Assembly: GCA_964445535.1 (NCBI GenBank)
Contig: CAYULX010000001.1
Span: forward strand, 647 to 64,646
Direction of reading: 5' to 3'
Origin: an uncultured Eubacterium sp.
Lineage (GTDB): Bacteria > Bacillota > Clostridia > Lachnospirales > Lachnospiraceae
Length of the DNA: 64,000 bases
This document shows positions 1-10,160 of this stretch, one piece after another; within the stretch, counting starts at the first letter, position 1, and each line of letters opens with the position of its first letter. Both the position numbers and the translations under genes were made by a program. A model generated the notes under the pieces. It had not been told where the DNA came from. It did not search any database and saw only the letters and a program-made list of their open reading frames with translations.

Positions 1-3000
1 AGTCCCATGAATGACATGAGATAAATCGGATTATCGTCTCCTGTCTGAGGTACATTGGCTGAATTGGATTGGGATGCATCTTCGTCATTGGTAATTTGGA
101 TAGAGTCTGCATCTTTCATGTACTTCGTTTTTGCAACCGGTGTCCCGTCATATTTTTTCCCTGTAATCTTCACTGTATTCTTGACAGTATCCTTTGTGGC
201 CTGGTCTGCTTTTACGAAAGCTTCATAAGTAAGAGTAACGCTGTCGCCTGGTTGTAAACTTTCCAGTACCAGCGTATTTTCTGTTTTTTTCTGAATTGTT
301 ACAGGATTTCCTTTTGCTGATTCCAATGTTTCTCCCCCGGAAGCTGTAAATCCTTTTGGCTCCATAGTTTCTTTCCAATGGGAAGATGGAATTTCTTTAA
401 TTTTCACCTGGCTGGCCGTTGCTGTTCCATAATTAGAAACTTCTATTTTATAAATAACGAGGTCTCCTTCATAGTAAGTTCCCGGTTTTCTTTTACCTTG
501 ATAACGGCCTTTTTTCAATGTGACTCCTTTTGTTTTATCGGCTTTTTTTGCCACCCGCAAATCCGGCTCCCCCGGAATATTGACATGATCTTTATCCATC
601 ATAAGCTCGGTGACCGGAATTGGAGTGTACTGGCTGTCTGCCGGTTCATCTCCGGTATGGGACGGATTGTCTCCGGCAAAGGTGGTTTCCGGAAGTTCTT
701 CCCATATCGCATAAAAGACAGTATCGTTGTCCGGAAGTGAGTACGCACATCCGGGATATACGATTTCTGTTTTTGCTGCTGCCTGTTCCCAGGTCATATC
801 CGTTTGTTCCATATCTCCAGACGGAACCTGAGACTTTGCTTTCAGCGGCTCCAGTGCTTCTGTACTCCACCCAAGGAAACGATAACCGTCTCTCTCGAAC
901 GGGGAAGTATTTATCCGGATACCGGTTCCTGAAATGGCAGGCGTTTCATCATCCAAAACTCTTCCATCGCTTTCAGTCTCTCCCACAGCCTGTCCACCGT
1001 TGCCATCATAATATACTTTCCTAAGCTGCTCTGTTTTCCACACAGCATATAGTACCGTATCTTTCGCCGGCTGCTCCAATCGTTCTCCCGGCTTAATCAG
1101 GTTATCTGAGTCCGGTGACGCATCTGCATCTGTACTCCAGCCTGCGAAGGCCGCATTTACATTGGTAAATGGATTATTTATGATGGTATGTGGTGTTCCT
1201 GCCGGGGACGGGGATTCCGGCGCCGCCTCCAAAATCGCTGGTTCTATATTGGAAGAATATAAAAGCGTATATTCCTCGCATTCATTAGTCCAAATCGCGT
1301 ACAAATTTGTATCCGCACTGATGATATACTGCGTATCCGGGGCAATCAGCTCTCCACTTCCATCCGGCGTCAGGCTCCAGCCCAGGAAGCTGTAACCATC
1401 ACATTGGAAAGTACATCCATCAATTCGGATAGCCGTCTGTTCCTCGCATGGTGTTTCGCTGTCTGTTCTCTGTTCATCTTTTATCGTTTCTGATTTATTC
1501 GGATAATTGGACAAATAATTGAGAGTATATTTCGATACTTTTTTCCACTGAGCATACAGATGAACGTTTCTTTCCGGCATAGAATAGGAATCATTTGCTC
1601 CCCATGTTTTGCCGGTTCCATCTGCTTTGGTATTCCATCCCAGGAAGCTATGACCAGTATAAGTAAATCGGTTTTGTTCAATCAACACCTGTGTTCCGGC
1701 GGCACATGGCGTTTCGCTGTCTGTAAAAGACTCGTCGGTTTCATTATTTCCGTGATATATCAATCGATAAACAAATGTATCTTTTCCATCTGCCGCCTTT
1801 TCCCAAACAGCGTACAAATCTGTATCTTCATTCAACCGGATAGTATCCTCGGGATTTAAGTCTACTTTTGATGCATCTTTGGAACGGCTCCAGCCCAGAA
1901 AGCGATAATCTTTTCTTGCAAATTCATTTTGCTTGATTATAATCTCCGTTCCTTTATTACATGGGGTCTGATAGTCTGTTCTTTTCTGATTCAGCCCCGG
2001 AACCGCGGAATGATAGGTCAATGTTACTTTTTCTTCTTTCTCCCATTGTGCATACAGATGCGTATCCTTTTTCGGCATACGATAAGATTCGCCCGGCTGC
2101 ATCAGGTCTTCTTTTTCATCCGGCGTCAGACTCCAACCGAGGAAACGATAACCATTGTAGATGAATGTATTCTCATCCAACAGAATTATCGTCCCTTCCG
2201 CACATCTTGTTTCACTGTCCGGGCAGGATTGAGACAGCGGATTATTGGAGTGATAAGTCAGTGCATAAGTATAATTTTTCTTTAAGACACTTCCTGCGCT
2301 TCCCCAGCGTGCATATAGATGAACATCCTGCGCAGGCATCGTATACTTTGCTCCCGGAGCATAGTCCTGCCCTGTTCCGTCCGCCTTTGTGTTCCATCCG
2401 AGGAACTGCCATCCTTTTTTTGTGAAAGGATTCCCATTGATATGTACGATTTTTCCTTCATGGGACGGCGTCTCGCTGTCAACAGTCTTCTCCACGGTTC
2501 CGTTGTTCGCATGATATTCCAACACATATGTGTGCCCGGACTTCTCTGCTTTTTCTTCATATTGCTGCTGGTACTGCTCATTTCCTTTTCGATAATGGCC
2601 TGTGACATATACTTTATTCTCCAGTTCAAACAAATCACCCGCCTGCTTTCCTACTGTAGCCCGCAGCAGCAGATTCACACTATCCCCTGCTTTTAACCGA
2701 TCCAGAATCAAGACTTCTGCACTTTTCAAACTGCCTTTTATAATATCGCCTCCGGCAGTTGTGTAATTGCCATCTTGAAAACGAATACTGTTTCTTACCA
2801 GCGCTGACAGCAACCGATCCTCCATGACATCCCGCACTTTTATATCATATAAATCCGCGCTGCCGGAATTAGTCACAGTAATTGTATAGACGATTTCATT
2901 ACCATTATCGTAACTTCCGGTTATTTTTTCATTCTGATATCTTCCATCTACCAGTACTGCCCCGGTGGTGCGATCAGCTATTTTTGCCACCTTGGCTTCC

Positions 3001-6000
3001 GGCGCCCCCGGAAGTTCAATAAGATCTTCATCTGTCTTTTCCGGTACGGCGACATCCTTTTCTCCGGTGAAATAAACAGCATTGACAATGGCTGTATTCA
3101 TCAAATCATAAAAATTAGCGGCATCTTTTTTTACCACCGCATAAAAATGCAATGTAACCGTATCGCCCGGACGAAGCGTCCCTTCCCCGGTAACATGATC
3201 CACGTTCTCACAGAGGATGATTCTGGAAGAATCAATTTGACGGGCGGAAATCTTTTCGCCACTGCCTGTAAGAAGAATGACCGTGGATTGCCCTGATTGT
3301 TCTAAACTGTCTCCGCTACTGTCTTCTAAACGAAATGTGGCCGTATCCTTATCAATAATCTGTTTCAACTCTTCTGACATGATATCGGTAACCAAAATGT
3401 TCTTTAAATTAGCGGTTCCGGTATTCTTAATATGAATGTCAAAACGCACCGTGTCATTTTCATAATAGATTCCCGGTACTTTGGTTCCGTTGAGTTCTCC
3501 GTCTGTCACAATACCGCCAGTGGTCCTGTCGGCTATTTTAATTACGGAAGTATCCGACGTCCCCGGAATATGAATCTCATCCTCATCTTCAGCCATGGAT
3601 TCCCCATCTTCATTTACAAGGTCTTCCGGATTGACCGGAATCAGATGCTGTCCTGGTCTTTCCTCATTGTTATCGTAACTGGCAGTGACCAATACTTTAT
3701 TTATCAGATTATATACATTGGCAGAGCTTTGCTGTACAGGAGTCTCATAGTAAAGAATCACGCTGTCCCCAACAGCCAGCCTGCTGAGCAAAACATTTTT
3801 TCCGTCATTTCCTGAAAAAGAAGCTGTAATCTTGTCTCCTTTCACTGTCTCATAACTGCCCGATGCGGGGATAACAAAAGAAGACCTGTCTGTATCCACA
3901 TAATCGGAAAGCTTTTGTCCAGCTTCGTTCTGCTGATCCATAGTATCATAAACACGGATGTGATATAAATCCGTATTACCGGTATTGGTTACTGTGATTT
4001 TATACCTGATGGTTTCACCGGCATTATAAATTCCCGGCACTTTCGTCTGTATATATCTTCCGGTCTCTGTGTCAAATTCCACCTCTTCTCCTTCCGGATT
4101 CCTGGTACGTTCTGCCAGTTTTCCCACCGCAAAGGCAGGACGCATAGTCACATTGCCCGCCTCCACAGTTTCTTTCACTGTTTGAACATCGTCCTTTTCC
4201 GGATATGTAAATTCCACTTCATAAACTTCATCCGACTGTACATGTTCCGGCGCCCCTCCTATTTCTGTCACCTGATATCTTCCGATGTACAGAGGATCTG
4301 AATCCGCTGTTCCATCCTCACCTGTGGTCAGATAACCACAAACCATGCCCTTCGGCACAAGCGGTTCCTGACCTTCAGCCACGGTACCGTCTTCAAGATA
4401 CTGCCATGGAGCATAAATATCCTCCGCTGCTTTTATACTGAATAACGCCCCTTTGACCAAATCTCCCTTTTCATCAGTTTTAATTATATGAAGGATTCCT
4501 TTTTGCAAATCATTTCTGTAAATCAGCTCTCCCGTCTGCGTTTTCTTTCTTCCATTCGGAGCAGTGTACAGAAACTCTATATTACTCGAATCTTCCATAT
4601 ATGCGTCTGTCGTAGAAAATGTCCAGCTTTCTCCGGCATTAAAACAGCCGAAAGGCGCCTGCTCTTCCTTCACCATGAACCGTCCCAGATTATCCTCCGT
4701 TGCCGTAATATCTTCGGGATTACGATAATAGATCTGTCCGTCTTCATCGATACTTTCTTCCAGGTTGCAGACTTTCATGAAACTGTTTCCCGCCTCCGAC
4801 CATTGATAAAGGGAAAACACAGCTCCCTTCAGAAAATTACTGGTCTCTTTATTTTTCTTTCTCAGACGAACCGTATATTTTTTCAGAATCTTTGATACAT
4901 CTTCCAGGGTGGAGACACTTTTGTCTGCTCTCTCTCCGTAAACGACAAGATTACCCGCATCTGCGGAAAAAGAATACGCCCATTTTTCATCAAGGACATA
5001 CACATTTTCAAAAATCTCCCTTGAAATCTCCCGGACATAATACGGCCCTGTTCTGCCAGACAAATTATAGAAAGACAGCGTTTTGAAATTCGCTGTACCG
5101 TCTTCTCCGGTCACTGCCGTCATAAGAGGCTTCTCTTTGCTTACATCCGCAGTGGGGTCGGCAAAAATCCCAAAGGTAATTCCCTTTACCGGATTGCCCT
5201 CTTTATTTACTTTTCTAACTGTAAGCCGCTGCGGTATCACCGTCTCCACCTCATTGGAAGTATAATCAGTGCCTGTTGACAATACCGCCTTATTAGTAAG
5301 CACATATCTGCCCGCATTGGAACCGCTGTTTCTGTACTGCTGTGCAAAATCAAGCCGCAGCTTATCTAACTGTTCCCGGCTTTTGACGCTAACTGTGATG
5401 TACAAATCATACCAGTTTTTCTCATAGAAAGACTGCGCCGCCGGATTGGCCGCAGATGCCGTTACAACCGTGGAGCCATCTCCCTGCACCTGCGTCTGAA
5501 TCCGGAAATCAGACGCCTGGTTTCCTGTCCCGTCATAAACTACCGCTCGCTCCACATTGAGATACGGACTCACTTGATCCCGGATAATCCAGGAAGAATA
5601 GTGATGCTCAGAGGCATCTTCATAAGGGCACACAGTACGAATCTTGTAAGTATACGCATCCTCTATATTTGCCAAAGTATTAGACGCTGCCGTATGTGGC
5701 GTCTGTATCTCCGCCTGGATATTGTCCCCGTTAAATACCGACTTCTGGATCTCCGGCTGTGCAAGATACGGCTGTTTGGCATCAAAATGAATATAACCCC
5801 GGGATGCGCTGCTGGAGTAATGCTTTACATCTGAATTATCAAAAGGCACCTTATACTTTGTCAAATCACTTCCATTTTTTTCACCGCCATCATCCTGTCT
5901 GCTGCATTTTGCAAAAGTATAGCGCAGGGTCATCTGCGTTCCGGAAAACAACGTATAAAACGCATTCCCCTCATTTCTTTCATACGCTGCGGAACTCAAC

Positions 6001-7436
6001 GCGTAAATATATGCTTTGTTGCCCGCCGTATAAACCCCCTGGCTGTATCCGAGATATTGGTTGGCTGCTTCCGTGGCATAAAAATAATCCGCTTCCTGGG
6101 AGAACTCAATCCCCTGCTGAGCGTCCACATCGCCAAATCTGGCAAAACCTTTTAGATTAATCGGCGTTTGCGTCCCATGTATATAAAAGGAGTAGCGCAC
6201 GGTCACCGCATCACAGAAAGCTGTCAGCACACCAATGGACTGCAATCCGATAAAACAGAACAAGGGGCCTCCATCTTCGTCCAGCGCTCCATCTTTGATG
6301 GCATTCTGCACATCAGCCGTTCTTTTCGGCTTCTTGGTGAAATCCACCAATACCGCCTTCATATCAACGGCATAGGATTTCCCAGAGCTTCTGTCATAAT
6401 ATCTGCCCACATTATAATACATACAGCTCAGATTATTCTTCATGGAAGCTTCCAGACGGAACACTCTTCCTCCCATAATATTAGGCGTCATACTTGCCTG
6501 TCCGATTCCTCCCACATGCTCTGCCTTTTTCGGATCATTCACATAGAAACTGGCGCTTTTGGAACCTGACTGACTGGAAAGAGAAGCCGATGAATCTGCT
6601 CCCCAGTGAGGCGTAAACGACACATAATCGTTATGCTTTGCCACAATATCCTTCTGAATCTCTTCTCTGGACGGAAGAAGAGTTACTTTTCCGCTTTTTT
6701 TCAGTCTCTGCCCTTTGCCATCCTTTCCCTGAAGAATAAATGTCTTATAGGTTGCCTTAGGCATATTAAAACTATTATTGGCTCTGGTTGTCGCACGAAG
6801 CATATTCTGTCTCAATAAATTATCGGAAACAGAATCTTTGTCCGTCACAGATTCCTCTTCCTCGGGATGAGCAGGTGATTCCTCTGTTGTCCCTGTCGAT
6901 GCCGGCTGATTCCCGGACTCAGATTTTCCCGCTTCTGGCTGTTGTCCGGCCGGTTTTTTACCCACAGTCGTATCCCCTTCCTCTACCGAAGGAGTCTTCT
7001 GCTCTTCATCCTCCGTGGTCAGTGGTTTCTCGCCGGAATCTCCGCCGTCTCCTTCTGTATTCTTTTCTGAACTTGTTCCTTTTTCTCCTTCTCCCGTATC
7101 AGTATCTGTTTCCTTTTCTTCTTCCTGTGTCCCTTCATTCCCTTCCGTGCCGTCTTCAGAGGAAGATTCTCTCGACTGATCTGTATCTTTCTGTGAAAAG
7201 TCTTTCTCATAATCCTCTTCACCTTCTCCCGACTTCTGTTCATTTGTCTTGCTTTCTGCCTGTGTTTTTGTTTGCAACTTCGTCTCTGCCTGTTGCTCTG
7301 TTCCTGTTTTTTCCTTTGTATCAGTAAAAGTTATTGTCGCTCCGGCAGTATCTGCTGAAAGAGGTATCGTAATCTGTTGCGTCAACAAACATACCGTCAA
7401 GAACAAAATCAATAATCTTTTCAGATGATTCCTCAT
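1..7436 (-). CDS. Very large sortase-anchored surface protein/adhesin (3' end beyond window): signal peptide, acidic linker, putative adhesin domain, isopeptide/SpaA-like domains, 4 DUF11-like repeats, 7 InlB B-repeat-like (Listeria-Bacteroides) repeats, VPQTG motif
   Basis: ATG at 7436 with RBS AGAAAGGAG. N-terminus MRNHLKRLLILFLTVCLLTQQITIPLSA is signal-like. The same frame was open in every segment I translated (7436-5300, ~5040, ~4450, ~2760, 2400-1). Repeated FLGW(S/N)...LYA.W motifs; ends ...NVPQTGDDNPIYLMSFMG at the window edge. Absent from the ORF track, probably because the stop lies outside the window. Confidence 0.9.
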   Translation of the reverse strand, partial: MRNHLKRLLILFLTVCLLTQQITIPLSADTAGATITFTDTKEKTGTEQQAETKLQTKTQAESKTNEQKSGEGEEDYEKDFSQKDTDQSRESSSEDGTEGNEGTQEEEKETDTDTGEGEKGTSSEKNTEGDGGDSGEKPLTTEDEEQKTPSVEEGDTTVGKKPAGQQPEAGKSESGNQPASTGTTEESPAHPEEEESVTDKDSVSDNLLRQNMLRATTRANNSFNMPKATYKTFILQGKDGKGQRLKKSGKVTLLPSREEIQKDIVAKHNDYVSFTPHWGADSSASLSSQSGSKSASFYVNDPKKAEHVGGIGQASMTPNIMGGRVFRLEASMKNNLSCMYYNVGRYYDRSSGKSYAVDMKAVLVDFTKKPKRTADVQNAIKDGALDEDGGPLFCFIGLQSIGVLTAFCDAVTVRYSFYIHGTQTPINLKGFARFGDVDAQQGIEFSQEADYFYATEAANQYLGYSQGVYTAGNKAYIYALSSAAYERNEGNAFYTLFSGTQMTLRYTFAKCSRQDDGGEKNGSDLTKYKVPFDNSDVKHYSSSASRGYIHFDAKQPYLAQPEIQKSVFNGDNIQAEIQTPHTAASNTLANIEDAYTYKIRTVCPYEDASEHHYSSWIIRDQVSPYLNVERAVVYDGTGNQASDFRIQTQVQGDGSTVVTASAANPAAQSFYEKNWYDLYITVSVKSREQLDKLRLDFAQQYRNSGSNAGRYVLTNKAVLSTGTDYTSNEVETVIPQRLTVRKVNKEGNPVKGITFGIFADPTADVSKEKPLMTAVTGEDGTANFKTLSFYNLSGRTGPYYVREISREIFENVYVLDEKWAYSFSADAGNLVVYGERADKSVSTLEDVSKILKKYTVRLRKKNKETSNFLKGAVFSLYQWSEAGNSFMKVCNLEESIDEDGQIYYRNPEDITATEDNLGRFMVKEEQAPFGCFNAGESWTFSTTDAYMEDSSNIEFLYTAPNGRKKTQTGELIYRNDLQKGILHIIKTDEKGDLVKGALFSIKAAEDIYAPWQYLEDGTVAEGQEPLVPKGMVCGYLTTGEDGTADSDPLYIGRYQVTEIGGAPEHVQSDEVYEVEFTYPEKDDVQTVKETVEAGNVTMRPAFAVGKLAERTRNPEGEEVEFDTETGRYIQTKVPGIYNAGETIRYKITVTNTGNTDLYHIRVYDTMDQQNEAGQKLSDYVDTDRSSFVIPASGSYETVKGDKITASFSGNDGKNVLLSRLAVGDSVILYYETPVQQSSANVYNLINKVLVTASYDNNEERPGQHLIPVNPEDLVNEDGESMAEDEDEIHIPGTSDTSVIKIADRTTGGIVTDGELNGTKVPGIYYENDTVRFDIHIKNTGTANLKNILVTDIMSEELKQIIDKDTATFRLEDSSGDSLEQSGQSTVILLTGSGEKISARQIDSSRIILCENVDHVTGEGTLRPGDTVTLHFYAVVKKDAANFYDLMNTAIVNAVYFTGEKDVAVPEKTDEDLIELPGAPEAKVAKIADRTTGAVLVDGRYQNEKITGSYDNGNEIVYTITVTNSGSADLYDIKVRDVMEDRLLSALVRNSIRFQDGNYTTAGGDIIKGSLKSAEVLILDRLKAGDSVNLLLRATVGKQAGDLFELENKVYVTGHYRKGNEQYQQQYEEKAEKSGHTYVLEYHANNGTVEKTVDSETPSHEGKIVHINGNPFTKKGWQFLGWNTKADGTGQDYAPGAKYTMPAQDVHLYARWGSAGSVLKKNYTYALTYHSNNPLSQSCPDSETRCAEGTIILLDENTFIYNGYRFLGWSLTPDEKEDLMQPGESYRMPKKDTHLYAQWEKEEKVTLTYHSAVPGLNQKRTDYQTPCNKGTEIIIKQNEFARKDYRFLGWSRSKDASKVDLNPEDTIRLNEDTDLYAVWEKAADGKDTFVYRLIYHGNNETDESFTDSETPCAAGTQVLIEQNRFTYTGHSFLGWNTKADGTGKTWGANDSYSMPERNVHLYAQWKKVSKYTLNYLSNYPNKSETIKDEQRTDSETPCEEQTAIRIDGCTFQCDGYSFLGWSLTPDGSGELIAPDTQYIISADTNLYAIWTNECEEYTLLYSSNIEPAILEAAPESPSPAGTPHTIINNPFTNVNAAFAGWSTDADASPDSDNLIKPGERLEQPAKDTVLYAVWKTEQLRKVYYDGNGGQAVGETESDGRVLDDETPAISGTGIRINTSPFERDGYRFLGWSTEALEPLKAKSQVPSGDMEQTDMTWEQAAAKTEIVYPGCAYSLPDNDTVFYAIWEELPETTFAGDNPSHTGDEPADSQYTPIPVTELMMDKDHVNIPGEPDLRVAKKADKTKGVTLKKGRYQGKRKPGTYYEGDLVIYKIEVSNYGTATASQVKIKEIPSSHWKETMEPKGFTASGGETLESAKGNPVTIQKKTENTLVLESLQPGDSVTLTYEAFVKADQATKDTVKNTVKITGKKYDGTPVAKTKYMKDADSIQITNDEDASQSNSANVPQTGDDNPIYLMSFMG

Positions 7437-7482
7437 AACTTCTCCTTTCTATCTGGAAATATCTGGAACAGTTTCCATATTT

Positions 7483-7511
7483 ATAGTATCATTACATTTG
7501 CGCAAAGTCAA
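7483..7511 (-). promoter_or_regulatory. SigA-type promoter of the surface protein gene
   Basis: TTGACT-N17-TACTAT on the minus strand, about 50 bp upstream of the ATG. Confidence 0.6.
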
Positions 7512-7663
7512 TCTACGAAATTATAAATATATTATAAATATATCTGCTACTCATAAATATGTTCTGAGGAAAGGCAATGTCATCCGTGTGAAAATGCGCC
7601 ATGCCCGGAAGGTTTATTGTTATACTAAATGTTATTGAATTGAAACGCTGTTTCTTAATAAAA

Positions 7664-7716
7664 TAAAAAAACTCCTTCCCGAGAAGAACAGTTATTGTTC
7701 CTCTGCGAAAAAGAGT
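7664..7716 (-). terminator. Probable intrinsic terminator after ilvN
   Basis: Long imperfect hairpin (core GAGGAACA/TGTTCTTC) followed by a T-run on the minus strand. Confidence 0.5.
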
Positions 7717-7727
7717 CTTACTCTGTC

Positions 7728-7851
7728 ATTATAATATTTGTTTACTGCCATGGATTCCCGGCCAATATTATTCTTCACCACATTGCTCCACGGCAATGTC
7801 AGCCCTTACAATATTATTCTTCTGTAATATCAACTTTAACAATATTATAAT
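7728..7851. repeat. Short repeats of AATATTAT(T/A)
   Basis: CAATATTATTCTTC at 7763 and 7809, CAATATTATAAT at 7840, inverted copy at 7728-7739. Confidence 0.55.
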
Positions 7852-7861
7852 CCTGGCAGCG

Positions 7862-8380
7862 CTATCTGTCGGTCATACTGATGGATTCAATGGCGACAAT
7901 TCCTCCGCGGACAATCTCCACCTGGTCAAACTTACGGTTCAGCAGATCGATCAAATCGTTGTTGCGTCCTTCCGTTGCCACACATTCCAGCAGAACGCTG
8001 TTGATACCATAGTCGATGGCCTTCGCTCCAAAGACCTGGGCGATACGAAAAATTTCTCCCTTTTCAAATTCTGAACATTCATGGATCTTGATGAAAAGGA
8101 TCTCCTTCATATGTGTCGGCGCATCCGTGATATCGTTGAGCTTGATGACCTCGACACAGCGGTTTAACTGCTTCTTTATCTGTTCAAAAGTGGCGTCGTC
8201 GGAGTTTAACCCGATGGTCATCCGGGAGATGGTAGGGTCTTCTGTCACACCAACGGTGATGCTGTCAATATTGTAGGACTTGCCGGACATCATGCCAGAA
8301 ATCCGTGCCAAAACTCCAATACGGTTCTCCACATACAGGGATACCCATCTTTTTCTTTTGGTATGATTCACTTCTCTCAT
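7862..8380 (-). CDS. ilvN: Acetolactate synthase small (regulatory) subunit
   Basis: ACT domain VENRIGVLARISGMMSGKSYNIDSITVG...SRMTI; directly follows ilvB. Confidence 0.95.
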   Translation of the reverse strand: MREVNHTKRKRWVSLYVENRIGVLARISGMMSGKSYNIDSITVGVTEDPTISRMTIGLNSDDATFEQIKKQLNRCVEVIKLNDITDAPTHMKEILFIKIHECSEFEKGEIFRIAQVFGAKAIDYGINSVLLECVATEGRNNDLIDLLNRKFDQVEIVRGGIVAIESISMTDR

Positions 8381-8392
8381 GTTTCCGACCTC

Positions 8393-10135
8393 CTAATATA
8401 TAATCTCTTCAAAACTTGCCCCGCCGCGAATCATCGGCAGTACCAGTTCTTCCGATGAAACCGCACACTCGATGATAACCGGTTTATTATGTTCTTCTGC
8501 ATATTCTCTGGCTTCTATGATCGTCTTCTCCAACTGAGAATCTTCCGTCACCAGATAACCCTTTGAGCCGTAAGCCTCGGCAATCTTTACAAAATCCGGA
8601 GAATAATCAGGGCAGTTCCAGCCAGGTTTGCCGCATTTGCCCTTACAGGACTTATGGTAGCGCAGGCAGGTAATGGTGTAACGCTTATTGTTGAACAAAT
8701 GCTGCATCTGGCGTACCATTCCCAGATAGTTGTTATTCAGCACGATATTGACCAACGGGAGTTCCTGATTGATGGCTGTGGCCATCTCCTGAATATTCAT
8801 CTGAAACCCGCCGTCGCCGCTGATGGATACCACTGCCTTGCCCGGACATCCAATCTGAGCACCCACTGCGGACGGAAATCCGAATCCCATGGTGCCAAGT
8901 CCTCCGCTCTGTACCAGACGATGTGTGGCGTCCAGCTTCAGATACTGACAGGCCCACATCTGGTGCTGGCCCACGTCGGAAGTGTAAATGGTATCTCTGT
9001 CCGCATAGACTTTATTTAAAGTCTCCATGATGCACTGCGGGTTCACTCCCACCTTTACCTTTATTCCCAGCGGATGCTCATTATCCCAGCTCTTAATTTC
9101 CTCAATCCATTCTGTGTGCTTCATCGGTTCCGTATGGTCAAGAATCTTCCGGATTGCCATCTTTGCATCTGCCACGATCGGAATATCCACCGTTACATTT
9201 CTGGAAATGGCTGCAGCCTCAATATCAATATGGATAATCTTCGCATTCGGGGCAAACTTCGCCACATTTCCCGTCACTCTATCGTTAAACCGGCAGCCGA
9301 TGGAGAACATCAAGTCACATTCATCGGCCGTTTTGTTGGCGGCGTAGGAACCATGCATACCTATGTTTCCTATGTACAGCGAATGTTCCGTAGGAATCGC
9401 TCCCCGTCCCATTACTGTGGTAATTACCGGTATATCAAGTTTCTCGCAGAGTTCCGTCATCTCTTCCTGAGCGTGAGCGAGATTCACTCCGCCGCCGATT
9501 AGGAACATCGGTTTTTTCGCTTTCTCCACCAGAGCAATAGCCTTTTTCAACTGTCCCACATGAACGCCCTTATTCGGCTTATATCCGCGGATGTTCACCT
9601 CCGTCGGATAAGAAGTGGAACCCAGCTCTGCCATGACATCCGTAGGCAAATCCACCAGCACCGGTCCCGGTTTGCCGGAGCGCGCAATATAGAACGCTTC
9701 TTTAATCCGCTGTGCCAACATCTCTCTGTCTCTGACCATTATGACAAACTTAGCTACATTGCGAGTAATTCCCACAATATCCACTTCCTGAAACGCATCG
9801 TTGCCGATGAGGTCTTCTGCCACCTGTCCGGTAAAACAGACCAGCGGAATACTGTCATAATTAGCTGTGGCAATTCCGGTTACCAGGTTCGTTGCTCCCG
9901 GGCCGCTGGTGACGAGACAGACGCCGACCTTCCCTGTCGCTCTCGCATAACCGTCTGCCGCATGAATCAGTCCCTGCTCATGTCTTGGAAGCACCAAATC
10001 AATACTATGACAATCATGGAGTGCGTCTAAAAGATTGACGACCATACCGCCCGGATACGCAAAAATAGTATCCACGCCTTCTTTTTTCATTGCCGTTACG
10101 AAAAGGTCATTTCCTGAAATCTTCATGGTTCCCAC
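8393..10135 (-). CDS. ilvB: Acetolactate synthase large subunit
   Basis: PRHEQG, VTSGPGATN, SGGLGTMGFG, ThDP motif GDGGFQMN...NN. Confidence 0.95.
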   Translation of the reverse strand: MGTMKISGNDLFVTAMKKEGVDTIFAYPGGMVVNLLDALHDCHSIDLVLPRHEQGLIHAADGYARATGKVGVCLVTSGPGATNLVTGIATANYDSIPLVCFTGQVAEDLIGNDAFQEVDIVGITRNVAKFVIMVRDREMLAQRIKEAFYIARSGKPGPVLVDLPTDVMAELGSTSYPTEVNIRGYKPNKGVHVGQLKKAIALVEKAKKPMFLIGGGVNLAHAQEEMTELCEKLDIPVITTVMGRGAIPTEHSLYIGNIGMHGSYAANKTADECDLMFSIGCRFNDRVTGNVAKFAPNAKIIHIDIEAAAISRNVTVDIPIVADAKMAIRKILDHTEPMKHTEWIEEIKSWDNEHPLGIKVKVGVNPQCIMETLNKVYADRDTIYTSDVGQHQMWACQYLKLDATHRLVQSGGLGTMGFGFPSAVGAQIGCPGKAVVSISGDGGFQMNIQEMATAINQELPLVNIVLNNNYLGMVRQMQHLFNNKRYTITCLRYHKSCKGKCGKPGWNCPDYSPDFVKIAEAYGSKGYLVTEDSQLEKTIIEAREYAEEHNKPVIIECAVSSEELVLPMIRGGASFEEIIY

Positions 10136-10160
10136 TCCTTTGTGTTGATAATTTCTCGGA

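Noticed and set aside
69-7327. Many plus-strand ORFs in the track
   Set aside because: They are antisense shadows of the long minus-strand surface-protein frame and have no family motifs. The same applies to most short overlapping ORFs across the window.
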